Below, in pieces: positions 61,573 through 64,000 of a stretch of DNA of 64,000 nucleotides. The translations under genes and the position numbers were made by a program. This stretch comes from Rhynchopus sp. YZ270_cl-10 (Eukaryota), in NCBI GenBank assembly GCA_964035575.1, contig OZ037836.1, forward strand, positions 2,046,001-2,110,000, written 5' to 3'. Every line of letters begins with the position of its first letter. Position 1 is the stretch's first letter. The notes under the pieces are model-generated. The model had not been told where the DNA came from, did not search any database, and saw only the letters and a list, made by a program, of their open reading frames with translations.

Positions 61573-62015
61573 TGTATACTGTGTATACTGTGTATACTGT
61601 GTATACTGTGTATACTGTGTATACTGTGTATACTGTGTATACTGTGTATACTGTGTATACTGTGTATACTGTGTATACTGTGTATACTGTGTATACTGTG
61701 TATACTGTGTATACTGTGTATACTGTGTATACTGTGTATACTGTGTATACTGTGTATACTGTGTATACTGTGTATACTGTGTATACTGTGTATACTGTGT
61801 ATACTGTGTATACTGTGTATACTGTGTATACTGTGTATACTGTGTATACTGTGTATACTGTGTATACTGTGTATACTGTGTATACTGTGTATACTGTGTA
61901 TACTGTGTATACTGTGTATACTGTGTATACTGTGTATACTGTGTATACTGTGTATACTGTGTATACTGTGTATACTGTGTATACTGTGTATACTGTGTAT
62001 ACTGTGTATACTGTA
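61573..62015. repeat. (TGTATACTG)n 9-bp microsatellite, ~49 units
   Basis: Perfect tandem repeat. Confidence 0.98.
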
Positions 62016-64000
62016 CGCGAGATACCACAGCACAGGACTTCATAAGCTCTCACGGCTCCCACTAGTTCTCACTAAGCTCTCACAGCTCTCAGTAAGCTCA
62101 CAGACTGTGTTACGTGTCTCACGGCCGTTCGGTTGTGCACCCAGGTACCCAGACCCATGCAGTGAAGAAGTCTAAATGGGAGCTGTCTAAGTATAAGTCT
62201 GATCCTGAGCCCAAATCTGCCCGGACTTATAGGGTCATCGGACTTATGCACGGGGGGGGAGTAGGTAAATAAATAAAAGCCCGCTCCCCCGCAAAATACA
62301 GAGAGAACGACCATTTTTTTTACCTGATTTTCATTAACCCGTCATTGACCCCTCATGGTGAGAGCACCAAACAGACGACGAATTAGATGTAGTCGGAGAG
62401 GAGGAGTGTGTGGGGTAATGGTAAAAAACGGAACGACACAGCACATGCAACACCACCCCAGTTTCTTTAAAGAGAAGCACCGTTGCAAACTTTGCTGGGA
62501 AGTTTTTGAAACCGAAGACACATGGCGAAACCATGTCGCAACATGTCCAGACAGGAAATAATAAAGCCAAAATCGGGCTGGGGAGGTCATCAACTATGCC
62601 AAGAATTCAAGGAAAATATCAGATATTTTGGGTTCTACCTGTCATGCAGTACGCAGTGTACTTTCGCTACAAAAACTATTTTACGAGTTTTGCTTGCCAA
62701 AACGAGTTGGTAATTAATGTTGTTTCACGAGCGCAGTGAGTGTGACATACATAGAATAACCCATTTACTTCGCGCGATTTTGCGGTCATGTAACCGACAA
62801 AGTATTTCACGCGTGAAATGAACACGTCGTAGCGGAAACACGTCGTTTGCGGACAACAACGGGGGGTTAAAGTCAGTCACTACTATAGCCATTAACTCAG
62901 GGAGCATAGCTAGTGCAAGAAATTCGAAGCCAGTGCACAATTTGTTTGTGTAGCGCGAGGCACTCTTTTTTAATAAAGTTCCTGCAGTTGCTATGCACTG
63001 TTATTTCTTAGGATTTATCATGATACAGCGTAACATAGTGGATTCGCCTGGTCGACACAACCTTTGATAGATATGGGATAACCAACCCCCTTCAGCCCCT
63101 CGTGGGTTCACTGAACAAGCCCTAGTGGTAGTTAAACGCGATTGAACATTTAAATTCCTAGAGATGAAAGAACAAGACTGTACCCGCGCATCAAAATTGT
63201 GGAAAACTTTGCACCCCAAACACCCTCAACAACGCCCGCCAAAAGGCGCCCCCTGTTGCTGGGAGTTGGTTCTCATGTTTGATACCTGCACAGCGGGCAT
63301 TCCTGAGTCCAACGCGTGTTTGCCCTGCAGCGCTGCCTCCAATCTTTTTATAATTGACAACAAGTTATTTTATCAAAAAGTACCACCAGGCCCTGTCTTC
63401 GTGCACCTTAGGTGCAACGCCGCAGAGAAACAAAACGGATTGAAAAAGCCTTAGTTTAAAGATAGAAGCTTGATTGTTTTCTTTGAGTACTCAATTAACC
63501 AGAACAACCGTACTTCAGTTTAACACATTTTTTCACCTTTTTGTTTTCCGGCTTGGAGCGCACAAACAACATGGATAACCAACTTTTTGCAGGTTCAAAA
63601 ACGATGGCAGTAGGCATCTTCTCGCTTCAGAGCACTATGCGCTTGTTGCAGCTTGACGTTGGGAGAAGTCTCACCACTACAAGCTGAGGGTTTGTTGAAG
63701 GCCTTCACGGCAACCTCGTTGAGAGGAGGTGGCGTGTCCAAACTTAGTGAATTGTTGTAACGCTCAGTGACTTGTCCAAACTTAGTTACTTGTTGTAACG
63801 CTTAGTGACTTGTCCACGTGGGTGGCATGTCCACTCTTAGTTACTTGTTGTAAATACGGCCCGGCTTTGAGCGCACAAACAAAAGACCCGATATTTTTGC
63901 GTGTCACATTCCCTCAATTCAAGTGTGAGTCACTCACACTTGAAGTCATGTGCCACTGCGTGGGTACCTGTGTACCTGTGTACCTGTGTTCACAGTACAC

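Overview
Eukaryotic genomic DNA. Every credible gene is on the + strand and is preceded by a pyrimidine/AC-rich tract ending in AG. One gene has GT-AG cis-introns. This layout suggests a polycistronic, trans-splicing euglenozoan, probably a diplonemid (inference). The window is dominated by 12 paralogues encoding an N-terminal ubiquitin-like domain (UBL, no GG) plus 25-aa BspA/TpLRR-like repeats. Family A (4 copies) ends in a bipartite NLS-like tail. Family B (8 copies, 2 disrupted) ends in a polybasic CaaX tail (KHKCVCM). LRR number varies in steps of 25 aa, and individual LRR cassettes are shared mosaically between copies. Other genes: a 3-exon multi-UBL gene, a zinc-finger/RING(C3HC3D)/RGG gene, and a ~2437-aa membrane protein with ~240 PPTPS repeats. 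Both disrupted family-B copies carry ORF-less insertions with 18-20 bp target-site duplications (TSDs) whose first ~70-90 nt fold by hand into HDV-like ribozymes; one also carries a 17 x 133 bp array. Intergenic DNA holds nested TIR elements (5, 7, 8, 9 bp and TTAA TSDs), microsatellites and reshuffled repeat modules.
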